Positions 26,396 through 37,429 are shown, counted from the stretch's first letter. The stretch is 64,000 nucleotides of DNA from Sulfolobales archaeon (GCA_038867615.1 JAWBYA010000004.1:1-64000); one strand, 5' to 3'. Notes: generated from the sequence alone by a model not told the origin. Numbers and translations are program-made.

Positions 26396-27429
26396 TGAGC
26401 GTAAGAGTAGCGATCAATGGTTTCGGGACTATTGGGAAAAGAATAGCTGATGCTGTATCAAAACAAAACGACATGATCCTCGTGGGTGTGTTTAAGAATA
26501 GACCTAACTATGAGGCCTATACAGCCTATTCCAAGGGCTACCCAATATATACGAGCCGGGAGAAGGCCGGCGAGTTCGAGAAGAGGGGTATTCCTGTTAA
26601 GGGGACTCTTGAGGATCTCCTTAAGAGCGTCGATGTCGTTATAGATGCGACACCATCTAAGGTTGGTGAGAGTTATAGAGAGATCTATGGGAAGGCTGGG
26701 GTTAAGATGATCTTCCAGGGTGGTGAGAAAGCATCTGTAGCCGATGTTAGCTTTAACGCTATAGCTAACTATGAGAAGGCTATGGGTGCTAGATCTGTTA
26801 GGGTTGTTAGTTGCAACACAACAGGCCTTGTGAGGATAATAAGCGCTCTCTCAAAGAGCCTTAAGGTTGAGAGTGTGAGGGCATATATAGTTAGAAGAGC
26901 TGCGGATCCTAAAGAGATAGGTAGGGGGCCTATAAACTCTGTAGTGCTCGATCCACCAAAGATCCCTAGCCACCATGCCGAAGATGTGAAAACAGTGCTG
27001 GGCGATATAGATATAGTAACAATGGCTGTTGCTGTCCCAACAACCCTTATGCATACCCATATGGTCACGTTCAGGCTTGGTGAGAGGGTAACGAGGCAGA
27101 GGGTTATCGATATATTGATGGAGACCCCTAGGATAGCCTTGGTGAGCTCTGAGCAGAGTGGGATAACATCTACAGCAGAGCTTGTCGAGGTTGCCAGGGA
27201 TATGGGGAGGCCTAGGAGCGATATATATGAGAACGTGGTGTGGGAGGAAAGTATAAGTGTGAGTGGTAATGAGATCCACATGATCCAGGCTATACACCAA
27301 GAAGCAATAGTCGTGCCAGAGAACATAGATGCCGTGAGAGCCATAACCTCTATCGAGAAAGATTGGAGAAAAAGCGTTGCTAAAACAGACTATAGCCTTG
27401 GTGTTGTTAAGGCGTTTGCAAAACCATAG
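26395..27429 (+). CDS. gap: Archaeal type II glyceraldehyde-3-phosphate dehydrogenase
   Basis: NGFGTIGKRIADA, FQGGEK, VVSCNTTG, HQEAIVVPENIDA. Confidence 0.96.
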   Translation: MSVRVAINGFGTIGKRIADAVSKQNDMILVGVFKNRPNYEAYTAYSKGYPIYTSREKAGEFEKRGIPVKGTLEDLLKSVDVVIDATPSKVGESYREIYGKAGVKMIFQGGEKASVADVSFNAIANYEKAMGARSVRVVSCNTTGLVRIISALSKSLKVESVRAYIVRRAADPKEIGRGPINSVVLDPPKIPSHHAEDVKTVLGDIDIVTMAVAVPTTLMHTHMVTFRLGERVTRQRVIDILMETPRIALVSSEQSGITSTAELVEVARDMGRPRSDIYENVVWEESISVSGNEIHMIQAIHQEAIVVPENIDAVRAITSIEKDWRKSVAKTDYSLGVVKAFAKP

Positions 27430-27438
27430 ATGTTCTGG

Positions 27439-28419
27439 TCATCTCAGGTAATCCATCCTCTCCTTAATATATCTACCCAGGATCTCTAGCTCTTTTATAG
27501 AAGGCTGGGCCTCCATATCGCCCCTCACAGTTGCTACAAGAGCCCCTGCAATGTTGGCGTACCTCAGGGCCATGCGTAGATCACGAGATCTATATAAGAT
27601 CGAGAGAAAAGCAGCGTCAAAAGCATCGCCAGCCCCTATAACATCCTCAACAAACGGGATGCTGATAGCCTTTTCATCAAAGAACCTTCCATCTCTTGAG
27701 TATAGCTCGCTACCCTCCTCACCCTTCTTAACAACAACGATCTCTGAGCCCATGTCGAATAGAGATTTAGCAGCGTCAGCAACACCTTTTCCCGGGAATA
27801 GGATCTCTAGATCCTCTTTGTTTGTTAAAACAATCCTCGAGCCACTGATCAGAGGGATCAGTTTAGACCTAGCGTTATCGGCAGATTTCCATAGCTTGAT
27901 CCTTATATTAGTGTCGAACACAACATCAAGACCATTCTCAAGCGCAATGCCACGGGCCTTCACAACAGCCCTATAGCAGCTCTCACTAAGTGCTGGGGTA
28001 ATTCCTGTTAGGAATAGTACTGAGGCTCTCTTTATATATTTCTCATCAACATCATCCTCACCCATATGGGATGCTGCCGAGCCGTGTCTATAGTAGATAA
28101 CCGTGGATTTCCCTGGTATTGGGAAGTGTCTCTGGACAAAATAGATCCCTGTTGGGGCTTCATCCATAACCCTAACGTGTGATATATCGATATCCTCCCC
28201 CCTAAGGGTTCTTAGAATCATTTCTCCAAACTCATCATTACCAACCCTCGTTATCAAACCAGTCCTATGCCCAAGCTTCCTAAGCCCCACCATGACGTTA
28301 GCCTCAGAGCCAGCTACATGGGTTTCGAAATACCTGGCATATCTAAGAGGTCCTGGTGTTATATTATTAAGCTGGATCATCACCTCACCTATAGAGACAA
28401 AATCAAGCCTGTTCTCCAT
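27439..28419 (-). CDS. PfkB sugar kinase, 2-keto-3-deoxygluconate kinase-like
   Basis: AGSEAN, GITPALS, FDTNIR, DVIGAGDAF. Confidence 0.85.
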   Translation of the reverse strand: MENRLDFVSIGEVMIQLNNITPGPLRYARYFETHVAGSEANVMVGLRKLGHRTGLITRVGNDEFGEMILRTLRGEDIDISHVRVMDEAPTGIYFVQRHFPIPGKSTVIYYRHGSAASHMGEDDVDEKYIKRASVLFLTGITPALSESCYRAVVKARGIALENGLDVVFDTNIRIKLWKSADNARSKLIPLISGSRIVLTNKEDLEILFPGKGVADAAKSLFDMGSEIVVVKKGEEGSELYSRDGRFFDEKAISIPFVEDVIGAGDAFDAAFLSILYRSRDLRMALRYANIAGALVATVRGDMEAQPSIKELEILGRYIKERMDYLR

Positions 28420-28522
28420 AGTGCGTCCCGCTTATTTTAAAGGCTTAGCTCTATTAAGGGTTTGGCTTTATTCCTTAAGGGAGATCTAATAACGTTTGGT
28501 TGGGATCTCCGTGCTGTTGGGC

Positions 28523-29074
28523 TTAACAGCTACTCACGATACCATAGTATCGATCTACTGTAGAGTTGAGAGGTATGTGTGGGAGGAACCCGGGATCTAG
28601 TTCTATGAAATAATCGTTAGAGGTTTTGAGAGTCACTGTGTAGTTCTTTTCAGGCTCCATATATATGATCTCGATCACAGCGTCTCCCACTCCTTCGATT
28701 GGTGATATGTGGAGTAGGTAGAGGGGAAAAGCCACGTTCCTCATGGTAAATGTGATCGTAGAACCTGGGGATAAGGGTATTTTGAAGATCATCCCAACAG
28801 CACCCATGTTGAGAAAGTCAGTGTTGTTCTTATACATATATCCTTCGAACCATTTGCTTGGTGTGTCAGCATTATAGAGCTTCACCTTAACCGTATTGAT
28901 CCTGAGACATGTGGTGTTCCACGCATCCCCAGGAGCTTGTGAGGCTCCTCCGCCTCTCGTCTGGGTACTGGTCTGATTAGCTCCCACTAAGCCGGAGAGA
29001 TCCTTTTGTATTATAATGATCGCTATTAATGCTATAACGATCATTATTATGGAGAGGTATAGCCTCTTACTCAT
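28523..29074 (-). CDS. Membrane-anchored DUF192-like protein
   Basis: N-terminal TM; ADT...GYM, GMIF, FTMRNVAFPL, IEL motifs. Confidence 0.7.
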   Translation of the reverse strand: MSKRLYLSIIMIVIALIAIIIIQKDLSGLVGANQTSTQTRGGGASQAPGDAWNTTCLRINTVKVKLYNADTPSKWFEGYMYKNNTDFLNMGAVGMIFKIPLSPGSTITFTMRNVAFPLYLLHISPIEGVGDAVIEIIYMEPEKNYTVTLKTSNDYFIELDPGFLPHIPLNSTVDRYYGIVSSC

Positions 29075-29102
29075 GATCTGGCTGGCACCATCTGGCTAGG
29101 CT

Positions 29103-31406
29103 TTACTGTTGCGTTGATAGTTGTTTGAGAATATTATAGATATACTCAGGTTTTACAGGCATTCTTGTTATCCTCACCCTAGCACCAGCCCTCTTGAGAG
29201 CATCCTCTATAGCCCTGATAATCGCTGGCGGCGCTCCTATAGTCCCTATCTCGCCAACGCCTCTCGTTCCATGGGGATGCCTTGTTGGTGTTTCTTGGAA
29301 CATGTTCTCTATATTCCCAGGGATCTCGAGGGCCGTTGGGATGAGATAGTCAGCCATGCTTGGGTTTCTCGGATAGCCTTGTTCGTCGTATAGGAACTCC
29401 TCGTAGAGGGCTTGGCCTATTGCCTGGGCAATACCTCCCACGAGCTGTCCCTCTATAAGCATTGGGTTTATCGCTCTTCCAACGTCGTCTAGGGATCTGT
29501 AACCCAGTATCTTTACCCTCCCCGTCTCTCTATCTATCTCTACAACTGCTAGGTGCATGCCAAACGGATATACAGGACCTCCAGGGGTATAGTAGCTTAT
29601 GGCCTCGAGACCGGGCTCTATATCCCGTGGGGGTGAGAAGTAAGCCTTTCTAGCCACATCCTTGAGCGTGACATACTTATCAGGCGTTCCCCTTACATAG
29701 AATTTACCGCTCTCAAAGACGAGATCCTCTTCTCTAGCCTCGAGCATGTGGGAGGCTATCTTCCTAGCCTTCTCAATAACTCTCTGTGTGGCTTGTATAA
29801 CAGCCCCTCCCCCAACCGTTATTGTCCTGCTACCCGCTGTGATCACGCCCCTCGCTATAAGATCTGTATCGCCCCAGAGAACCCTTATATCGCTTATATC
29901 TATCCCCAGCATATCAGCAACTATCTGTGCAAATCCTGTGGCATCTCCCTGCCCATGGGGTGTTGATCCGCTTATGACTGTAACCTTCCCATCACTCTCA
30001 ATCCTAACTATGGCGCTCTCAAAGGGGCCTCCAGATGTAACCTCTACATAGAATGAGAAGCCCACACCGACTAGCCTACCCTTTCTACGCTCCTCCTCAG
30101 CCCACCTCAATAGATCCCTATACCCGAGCTTCTCAACCCCTCTCATTAGTGTTGATGGATAGTCCCCGGAATCGTATTTCATCCCACCGCAGTTTCTATA
30201 GGGCATCTCCTCGGGCCTGATAAGGTTTCTCAGCCTAAGCTCCACAGGATCTATACCGAGCTCGTCAGAAACCATATCCATCATCCTCTCTATGAAGAAG
30301 GTTGCTTCAGGCCTGCCAGCACCTCTATAGGCCATTAGCGGTACTTTATTAGTATAGACACCAAGTACGTCTAACGATACGTTCTCTATCTTGTAAGGTC
30401 CTGTGAGCATCCTTGCACAGATCATGGAGAGCTCGGTGCCCCACGGGTATGCCCCTAGATCCGCTATTATCCTCCCTCCGATCCCGAGCACCTGTCCCTC
30501 CTTACTTACAGCAAGCTCGAGCTCGGCGTATAGATCCCTTCCCCTGTTGAGGCTTACAAAGTCCTCCCACCTTGTTGCGAACCACTTGACAGGCGCGCCA
30601 TTCAGTATAGATGCTAGCGGGACTAGGAATTCCTCGGGATACCTAGCGATCTTTGCTCCGAAGGCGCCACCAACATCCGGCTGGATCACCCTTATCCTTG
30701 GTATATTTAGCTTCAGCTTTGAGGCAAGCTCCTCCTTGAGATCATAGGGTGTCTGGGTAGAAGACCATACTGTTAGTGTATAGCCATCATACATGGCTGC
30801 AACACCTCTAGGCTCCATTGGTGCCGGTGCAACGCCCTGGTTATAGAGCTTCTCCGAGATCACGAGATAAGCCTTAGAGAAGGCAGCGTCTACATCTCCA
30901 CACGAGATCTTCTCGTTCGTAGCTATGTTTCTCTCAGCAGGCTCGTGGATCTTTATATCGCTCTCCATAGCCTTATAAGGATCTGAGAGCGCTTCAAGAG
31001 GCTCGTAGTCTATCGATATGAGGTCTGCCGCATCTCTCGCCACATACTTATCCCTAGCAACGATCATAACTATGGGTTCGCCAACATATCTCACCTTACC
31101 GCTAGCCAGAAGAGGCATTGATTCTGATTTGGCGTCTTCGAATGTTAATGGCTCTACATACCTCTCGATATCTCTATAGGTGTATATGGCTACAACACCG
31201 CTCAGTTTTTCTGCGTCTCGTGTGTCTATTGATAGTATTCTGGCATGGGGGTACTGGGATCTTACGAAGAAGGCGTATAAGCCTCCGGGTAGTCTGAGAT
31301 CATCTACATAGAGACCTCTCCCCGTTAATAACCTCGGATCCTCTATCCTCTTGATCCTCTTGCCAACATATTTTCCAGAGAAGAGCGTCTGTGACAATAA
31401 CAACAC
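29103..31406 (-). CDS. Xanthine-dehydrogenase-family molybdopterin large subunit (CutA/CoxL-like aldehyde oxidoreductase)
   Basis: RIEDPRLLTGRG, VGGAFGAK, AYRGAGR, HGQG, GQLVGG, GVGE. Confidence 0.92.
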   Translation of the reverse strand: MLLLSQTLFSGKYVGKRIKRIEDPRLLTGRGLYVDDLRLPGGLYAFFVRSQYPHARILSIDTRDAEKLSGVVAIYTYRDIERYVEPLTFEDAKSESMPLLASGKVRYVGEPIVMIVARDKYVARDAADLISIDYEPLEALSDPYKAMESDIKIHEPAERNIATNEKISCGDVDAAFSKAYLVISEKLYNQGVAPAPMEPRGVAAMYDGYTLTVWSSTQTPYDLKEELASKLKLNIPRIRVIQPDVGGAFGAKIARYPEEFLVPLASILNGAPVKWFATRWEDFVSLNRGRDLYAELELAVSKEGQVLGIGGRIIADLGAYPWGTELSMICARMLTGPYKIENVSLDVLGVYTNKVPLMAYRGAGRPEATFFIERMMDMVSDELGIDPVELRLRNLIRPEEMPYRNCGGMKYDSGDYPSTLMRGVEKLGYRDLLRWAEEERRKGRLVGVGFSFYVEVTSGGPFESAIVRIESDGKVTVISGSTPHGQGDATGFAQIVADMLGIDISDIRVLWGDTDLIARGVITAGSRTITVGGGAVIQATQRVIEKARKIASHMLEAREEDLVFESGKFYVRGTPDKYVTLKDVARKAYFSPPRDIEPGLEAISYYTPGGPVYPFGMHLAVVEIDRETGRVKILGYRSLDDVGRAINPMLIEGQLVGGIAQAIGQALYEEFLYDEQGYPRNPSMADYLIPTALEIPGNIENMFQETPTRHPHGTRGVGEIGTIGAPPAIIRAIEDALKRAGARVRITRMPVKPEYIYNILKQLSTQQ

Positions 31407-31526
31407 CTGGTTAGAATATATTTTGAAGGTTTATAGGTTGTTCGCTTGATGAAGCTGGATCGTTATAGGAGGCTTATAGAAATAGATATTAAGAACCATA
31501 TATACCAAGCAAGGGTGTGTTGATAG

Positions 31527-32201
31527 ATGAAAACCCCCACACAGAGACTATGGGATAGTATCGAGGATATATTTAAAGCTATACTGGAGCACCCCTTCAT
31601 AGAGGGTCTCACCACAGGGGATCTCAGGCTTGAATCCTTCAAATACTATGTGATCCAGGACTCACTATACCTCAGAGACTTCTCCAGAGCCCTCTCAAGA
31701 CTCTCATCGAGATCCAGGAGGGATGAGTGGATCTCTATGTTCGCTGAGCATGCGAAAACAGCGATAGATGTTGAGAAAAGCCTCCACAGATCATTTCTCG
31801 CCGAGTGGAGGATAGGAGAGGAGGAGATAATGAAGAAACCCCAGTCCCCGGTGAACTATGCATATACAAGCCATCTCCTGAGAATGACGTCTGAGGAGAG
31901 CTATGAGGAGGCGATAGCCGCTGTCCTTCCATGTTACTGGATCTATCTAGAGGTTGGGAAGCATCTGGAGAGAAAAGGATCTCCTAACCCTCTGTATAGA
32001 AGATGGATAGAGACATATTCGTCAAGTACATACGAATCGGTGGTGAGGGCAGTCCTAAGAGTAGCTGATATAGTCCTATCTAGGGTTGAGAGCGACGTCT
32101 GGACGAATGTTGAGAGGGCATTTAGAATAAGCTCTATATATGAATACCTCTTCTGGGACTCTGCATATAGGCTGGAGGACTGGGTTTTCAAAATATGGTA
32201 G
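31527..32201 (+). CDS. tenA: Thiaminase II / TenA (Cys-type)
   Basis: HPF, YVIQDSLYL, LPCYWIY, WIETY, EYLFW. Confidence 0.9.
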   Translation: MKTPTQRLWDSIEDIFKAILEHPFIEGLTTGDLRLESFKYYVIQDSLYLRDFSRALSRLSSRSRRDEWISMFAEHAKTAIDVEKSLHRSFLAEWRIGEEEIMKKPQSPVNYAYTSHLLRMTSEESYEEAIAAVLPCYWIYLEVGKHLERKGSPNPLYRRWIETYSSSTYESVVRAVLRVADIVLSRVESDVWTNVERAFRISSIYEYLFWDSAYRLEDWVFKIW

Positions 32202-32398
32202 GTCTCGCAGAGCTAAGGATCGATCTGCATGCATGTCTCTCTAACCTGTACTACGGTAAGCCGCTATGTTTTTCTTAACCGCTGTCGTGAAAAATACTAA
32301 TTATCGTCAGGCTTTTTTGTATTAATATTGAAAAGTATTTATTATTTTTTGTAAATATATAAATGTTTTTCGCCTTCTTCTTATAAGCTGGTTAGTAG

Positions 32399-35300
32399 TT
32401 GTTCTTTAAGGCTTGGTTGCCCGGAGAAAGGGTCTCGTCGATCCTTGTGATAGGGAGCGGCGGGATAAAGATAGCAGAGGCAGCTGAGTTCGACTATTCA
32501 GGCTCCCAAGCACTCAAGGCTATAAAGGAGGATGGTATAAAGGCTATTCTTGTTAACCCAAACATAGCCACTATACAGACAAGCCATCTCTTTGCAGACA
32601 GGGTCTATGCTTTACCAATAACCCCTGAATATGTTGAGCAGGTTATAGAGAAGGAAAGACCAGACGGTATAATGGTGGGTTTCGGGGGTCAGACAGCACT
32701 TAGCGTTGGTGTTTCTCTCTGGAAGAGGGGTGTTCTCGCTAAATACGGCATTAAGGTGCTTGGAACGCCTATTGAGGGGATAGAGGTTGCTCTGGAGAGA
32801 GGTCTTTTTAGAGAGGCTATGTATCGCAATAATATCCCGGTACCCCCAAGTAGACCGGCATCAACGCCAACCGAGGCTTTCGATATTGCTAAGGAGATAG
32901 GTTTTCCTGTTATTGTTAGGGTTAGCTTTAACCTTGGAGGCGGTGGATCCTTCACAGCCTGGGATGAGGAAGAGTTTAGAACAAAGATCCATAAGGCTTT
33001 TGCCCACGCGGGTTTAGTTAAAACGGTGCTTGTTGAGAAGTATCTACACCACTGGAAAGAGATTGAGTACGAGATCATGAGGGATAGGAGGGGTAACTCT
33101 GTAGCCGTCGCCTGTATGGAGAACATGGATCCTATGGGAGTGCATACGGGAGACTCGGTGGTTGTAGCCCCATGCCAGACGCTAACTAATAGGGAGTACT
33201 ATATCGGTAGGGAATCCTCTATAAAGGTTGCAAGCGTTATAGGCCTTGTTGGAGAGTGTAATGTCCAAATAGCTCTAGACCCTGTTAGCGAGAGACACTA
33301 TGTTATAGAGACCAACCCCAGGATGTCTAGATCCAGCGCCCTAGCTAGCAAGGCTACGGGGTATCCGTTAGCATATATAGCCGCTAAACTAGCCCTCGGA
33401 TATACGCTTGACGAGCTTGTAAACAAGATCACTGGGAAAACCTCAACCCTCTTCGAACCAAGCCTCGACTATGTCGTTGTCAAGATCCCTAGATGGGATC
33501 TAGAGAAATTCCCAGGATCTGAGGCAAGGCTTGGGAGTGAGATGATGAGCGTTGGAGAGGTTATGGCTATTGGAAGGAATCTTCACGAAGCGATCCAGAA
33601 GGCTATAAGGATGCTTGATATAGGCGAGCCCGGAGTTGTTGGCGGACCTCTATACCACGAGGATCAAGAAGTTGACGAGGTGCTGGAGGCTCTTAAGAAT
33701 AGAAAGCCATACTGGATCCTATGGGCTGCTAAGGCTATAAAGATGGGTGTAAGCATCGACGAGATCCAGAGGCTAACAGGTGTAGATAGGTTCTTCCTAA
33801 GGATCATCGAGGATATAGTAAAGCTATACGAGGAGATTAGAAGAAGAGGCCATGGGATCCTCGGCGATATAGAGCTAATCCAGGAGGCAAAGATCAGGGG
33901 GTTCTCTGACGAGCAGATAGCCAGGGCTATAGGGATGGATCCAGGTGAGTTCAGATCCGTTAGGATAAGGCTCGCAGGAATCCCTGCTGTTAAGCAGATA
34001 GACACGCTGGCTGCTGAGTACCCAGCACAGACTAACTATCTATATACAACCTATGGTGGTGTTGATGACGATATAGAGTTTAGAAGAACTGGGAGGAAGA
34101 TCCTAGTGATAGGCCCGGGGGGCTTTAGAATAGGTGTTTCGGTAGAGTTCGACTGGGCTTCTGTGAGCTTTGCAATGGCGGCGAGAAATATGGGCTATGA
34201 GGTATCTATGATCAACTATAACCCGGAGACTGTGAGCACCGATTGGGATATTTCTGACAAGCTTTACTTCGAGGAGATAAGTGTGGAGAAGATCCTCGAT
34301 ATATCTGAGAAAGAGGGGTTCGACTACATAGTAGTCTCGGTAGGGGGTCAGATAGCAAACAACATTGCTAGAAGGCTTGAGGAGAGAGGGTTAAGGATAG
34401 CTGGTACTAGCGGTTGGAGTATCGATATAGCTGAGGATAGGGCTAAGTTTAGCTCTCTCCTCGATACTCTGGGCATAGATCAACCTGAATGGGGTAGAGC
34501 TATATCTATAGAGGATTCGCTCAGAATAGCTAGGGCTATAGGGTATCCAGTGATCGTGAGACCCAGCTATGTTCTCAGCGGCACCTCCATGGCTATAGCT
34601 TATAACGATGAAGAGCTTATCTCCTATCTAAAGAGGGCTGCAATAATATCTAGAGAGCATTCTGTAACTATAAGCAAGTTTATAGAGAAAGGCATAGAGG
34701 CTGAGATAGACGCTGTTGCAGACGGTAGGGGGCATGTTGTTGGCGTCTCTATAGAGCACATCGAGGAGGCCGGGGTTCATAGCGGCGATGCTATGATGGT
34801 GATCCCGCCTAGAAGGCTTAGCCAGGCTGTTATAAGGAGGATGAGGGAGATAGCGGTTATGCTAGCCAACGAGCTCTCGATAAAGGGGCCCTATAATATA
34901 CAATTCATAGTGAAGAATGGAAAGGTATATGTAATAGAGCTCAACCTAAGGGCTAGCAGGTCTATGCCATTCTCAAGCAAGGCTAAGGGTGTAAACCTAG
35001 CAGAAGCTGCTGCCAAGGCTATGTTGGGGAAAGGCCTTGAGATCGATTGCGAGTTCTGGGAGCCCGAGAGTAGATCCTGGGCTGTCAAAACACCCCAGTT
35101 CTCATGGTCGAGGGTGAGGGGAGCATATCCCTTCCTAGGGCCCGAGATGAGGAGCACAGGCGAGGTTGCGAGCCTCGGGTATAGCTATGAGGATGCATTG
35201 GTGAAAAGCTGGCTCTCAGCAACCCCTAATAGGATTCCTGAAAAAGCTGTGTTGATATATAGCTATGTTGAGAGGGATCAAGGAGATCTAGCCGAGACAG

Positions 35301-35608
35301 CAAAGATTCTTGGTAAGGCCTATGAGCTCTACACACTAGAAGGCGCAGAGATCCCCGGGGTAGATAGAGTGGTTAGGGTTGAAGAGGCGATAGGAAAGAT
35401 GATTAGGCGGGAGATAGAGCTGGGAATAACCACGGGCTATACACCAGCAAGGGACTATAGGGTTAGGAGGATGCTTGTTGATCTCAACATACCTGTTATA
35501 CTTCACCACGACACGGCTAGAGAGGTTGCCACATCTATCGAGTGGCTTCTAAAGGGTGGGAGTGTTAGTGTAGCAGAGCTGAACGAGTATCGAGGTAGAG
35601 GATTCTAG
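32399..35608 (+). CDS. carB: Carbamoyl-phosphate synthase large subunit (probable start TTG 32417)
   Basis: EFDYSGSQA, GVHTGDS, NPRMSRSSALASKATGYP, NPETVSTD, RPSYVLSG, LGPEMRSTGEV. Confidence 0.96.
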   Translation: MFFKAWLPGERVSSILVIGSGGIKIAEAAEFDYSGSQALKAIKEDGIKAILVNPNIATIQTSHLFADRVYALPITPEYVEQVIEKERPDGIMVGFGGQTALSVGVSLWKRGVLAKYGIKVLGTPIEGIEVALERGLFREAMYRNNIPVPPSRPASTPTEAFDIAKEIGFPVIVRVSFNLGGGGSFTAWDEEEFRTKIHKAFAHAGLVKTVLVEKYLHHWKEIEYEIMRDRRGNSVAVACMENMDPMGVHTGDSVVVAPCQTLTNREYYIGRESSIKVASVIGLVGECNVQIALDPVSERHYVIETNPRMSRSSALASKATGYPLAYIAAKLALGYTLDELVNKITGKTSTLFEPSLDYVVVKIPRWDLEKFPGSEARLGSEMMSVGEVMAIGRNLHEAIQKAIRMLDIGEPGVVGGPLYHEDQEVDEVLEALKNRKPYWILWAAKAIKMGVSIDEIQRLTGVDRFFLRIIEDIVKLYEEIRRRGHGILGDIELIQEAKIRGFSDEQIARAIGMDPGEFRSVRIRLAGIPAVKQIDTLAAEYPAQTNYLYTTYGGVDDDIEFRRTGRKILVIGPGGFRIGVSVEFDWASVSFAMAARNMGYEVSMINYNPETVSTDWDISDKLYFEEISVEKILDISEKEGFDYIVVSVGGQIANNIARRLEERGLRIAGTSGWSIDIAEDRAKFSSLLDTLGIDQPEWGRAISIEDSLRIARAIGYPVIVRPSYVLSGTSMAIAYNDEELISYLKRAAIISREHSVTISKFIEKGIEAEIDAVADGRGHVVGVSIEHIEEAGVHSGDAMMVIPPRRLSQAVIRRMREIAVMLANELSIKGPYNIQFIVKNGKVYVIELNLRASRSMPFSSKAKGVNLAEAAAKAMLGKGLEIDCEFWEPESRSWAVKTPQFSWSRVRGAYPFLGPEMRSTGEVASLGYSYEDALVKSWLSATPNRIPEKAVLIYSYVERDQGDLAETAKILGKAYELYTLEGAEIPGVDRVVRVEEAIGKMIRREIELGITTGYTPARDYRVRRMLVDLNIPVILHHDTAREVATSIEWLLKGGSVSVAELNEYRGRGF

Positions 35609-35626
35609 CTTATATGCCTTAAGATA

Positions 35627-37429
35627 ATGAGAATTATCGGTGGCTGTTTGGGAGTGGATATAGATCTTCTGGTTAAGAGGTATATGGCTATAAGACACTC
35701 AACGCTGGGAATGTATAACGAGATCGATCGAGCTATATATTATCTCAGCGACCTAACAGGAGAGCAGATCCTCTGGAAAGCTTGGAAAGTATCAAGCGGG
35801 TATAGGCATGACATCGCCCTCCCATGGGATAGAAGGATCAATAACTATAGGATATCGCCAACCGGGGTTATAGCGTTCTCAACAGATGTGGACGGTGATG
35901 AGAGATGGTCTATCTATACATATCATGAGAATAAACTAGAACTGGTCAGCGGTGAGGATGGGAGTATAAATAATCTGGGCGAGTGGAGCCCCAGCGGCAG
36001 GTTCCTCAGCTATAGCTCTAACTCTCGGAACGGTGTGGATTTCGATATATATGTATACGATCTTGTTAAGAGATCTAGAAGTTTTCTATATAAGGGCGAC
36101 GGGATTGTTAACCCATCGAGATGGGTAAACGATGATCTGTTACTAGCTATTAAGATGAACACATACCAGGATACAGATATCATAATGATAAACAGGAGAG
36201 ATGGTAGCGAGGTTAACCTTACCAAGCACGAGGGGGAGGCTGTTAATAGAAACCCCATTCCGATCGATGAGAAGCACTTCCTATACATCACAAACAATGG
36301 GGAGGAGTTCACGGGCATAGCTATATATGATCTTGAGAGGAATTCCTGGAAATACCTGGTTAAGGAGAAGTGGGATGTAGAGGATCTCGACTATAGAGAT
36401 GGGAGGATTGTTTATAGCGTTAACGAGGATGGTGAGAGTGTTCTCAAGCTCTTCTCCTTCGAAAAGAGAGAGCCTGTGGAGATCCTGAGACCAGGAGGTG
36501 TTATAGATAATATTGACTTTACAAGAGAGGGAGCTGTTCTCTCGATAAACTCTCCTAAACACGGTCCAGAGATCTTTATAACAGATCTCTCAGGCTTCCT
36601 TGAGAGAGTGACATACACACCAAAGATCGGGGTTTCTGAGGAGTCCTTCGTATCACCCAAGATCTTTAGGTACAAGTCGTTCGACGGCCTCGAGATCTCG
36701 GCTCTATTCTACAAACCGCTGAGAAGCCTTACAGAGCCCCCGCCAGCGGTTCTATACCTCCACGGCGGTCCCGAGTCCCAGGAGAGGGTTTCTTTCAACA
36801 GGGTGCACCAGGTACTCTTATCCCTTGGCATAGCTATTATAGCTCCTAACTATAGGGGGTCTTCTGGCTATGGAAAGAGCTTTATCCATCTAGACGATGT
36901 TGATAAGAGGATCGCTACTGTCTATGATTCCTACCATGCTGTGGAGTTTCTAGCCAAGAATGGCGAGATCGATGATAAAAGGCTATGCGTTATGGGCGGA
37001 TCCTATGGCGGGTATCTAACGCTAATGATGCTTGTAACATACCCGGATCTCTGGAGATGTGGCGTTGAGATCGTTGGCATTGTGAATCTCCTCACATTTA
37101 TAAAGAACACAGGTGCTTGGAGGAGGAGGTATAGAATTACCGAGTACGGAGATCCAGAGATCCATAGGGATATAATGATCAAGCTGAGCCCTATAACATA
37201 TGTCGATAGGATCAAAGCACCCCTAATGGTTATCCACGGGGCCAAAGATCCAAGAGTCCCTGTATCAGAGGCTGAGCAGCTGGTTGAGGCACTCAGGGGT
37301 AGGGGGGTTGATGTTAGGTATATAAGGCTTGAGGATGAGGGTCACGGGATCTCTAAGGTGAGGAACAGGGTCAGGGTCTATTCAGAGGTTGTTAGATTTA
37401 TATATGAGAAGCTTTCTTCCCGATCATGA
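35627..37429 (+). CDS. S9 family peptidase (acylaminoacyl-peptidase-like)
   Basis: beta-propeller N-terminus, HGGP, GGSYGG, DPRVP, EGH triad. Confidence 0.93.
   Translation: MRIIGGCLGVDIDLLVKRYMAIRHSTLGMYNEIDRAIYYLSDLTGEQILWKAWKVSSGYRHDIALPWDRRINNYRISPTGVIAFSTDVDGDERWSIYTYHENKLELVSGEDGSINNLGEWSPSGRFLSYSSNSRNGVDFDIYVYDLVKRSRSFLYKGDGIVNPSRWVNDDLLLAIKMNTYQDTDIIMINRRDGSEVNLTKHEGEAVNRNPIPIDEKHFLYITNNGEEFTGIAIYDLERNSWKYLVKEKWDVEDLDYRDGRIVYSVNEDGESVLKLFSFEKREPVEILRPGGVIDNIDFTREGAVLSINSPKHGPEIFITDLSGFLERVTYTPKIGVSEESFVSPKIFRYKSFDGLEISALFYKPLRSLTEPPPAVLYLHGGPESQERVSFNRVHQVLLSLGIAIIAPNYRGSSGYGKSFIHLDDVDKRIATVYDSYHAVEFLAKNGEIDDKRLCVMGGSYGGYLTLMMLVTYPDLWRCGVEIVGIVNLLTFIKNTGAWRRRYRITEYGDPEIHRDIMIKLSPITYVDRIKAPLMVIHGAKDPRVPVSEAEQLVEALRGRGVDVRYIRLEDEGHGISKVRNRVRVYSEVVRFIYEKLSSRS

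Noticed and set aside
29103-31406. Aerobic CO dehydrogenase (form I CoxL)
   Set aside because: Active-site loop is AYRGAGR, not AYxCSFR, and no cox accessory genes are present.
31407-31526. TPP riboswitch upstream of tenA
   Set aside because: Short AT-rich divergent promoter gap; no CUGAGA or ACCUG motifs.
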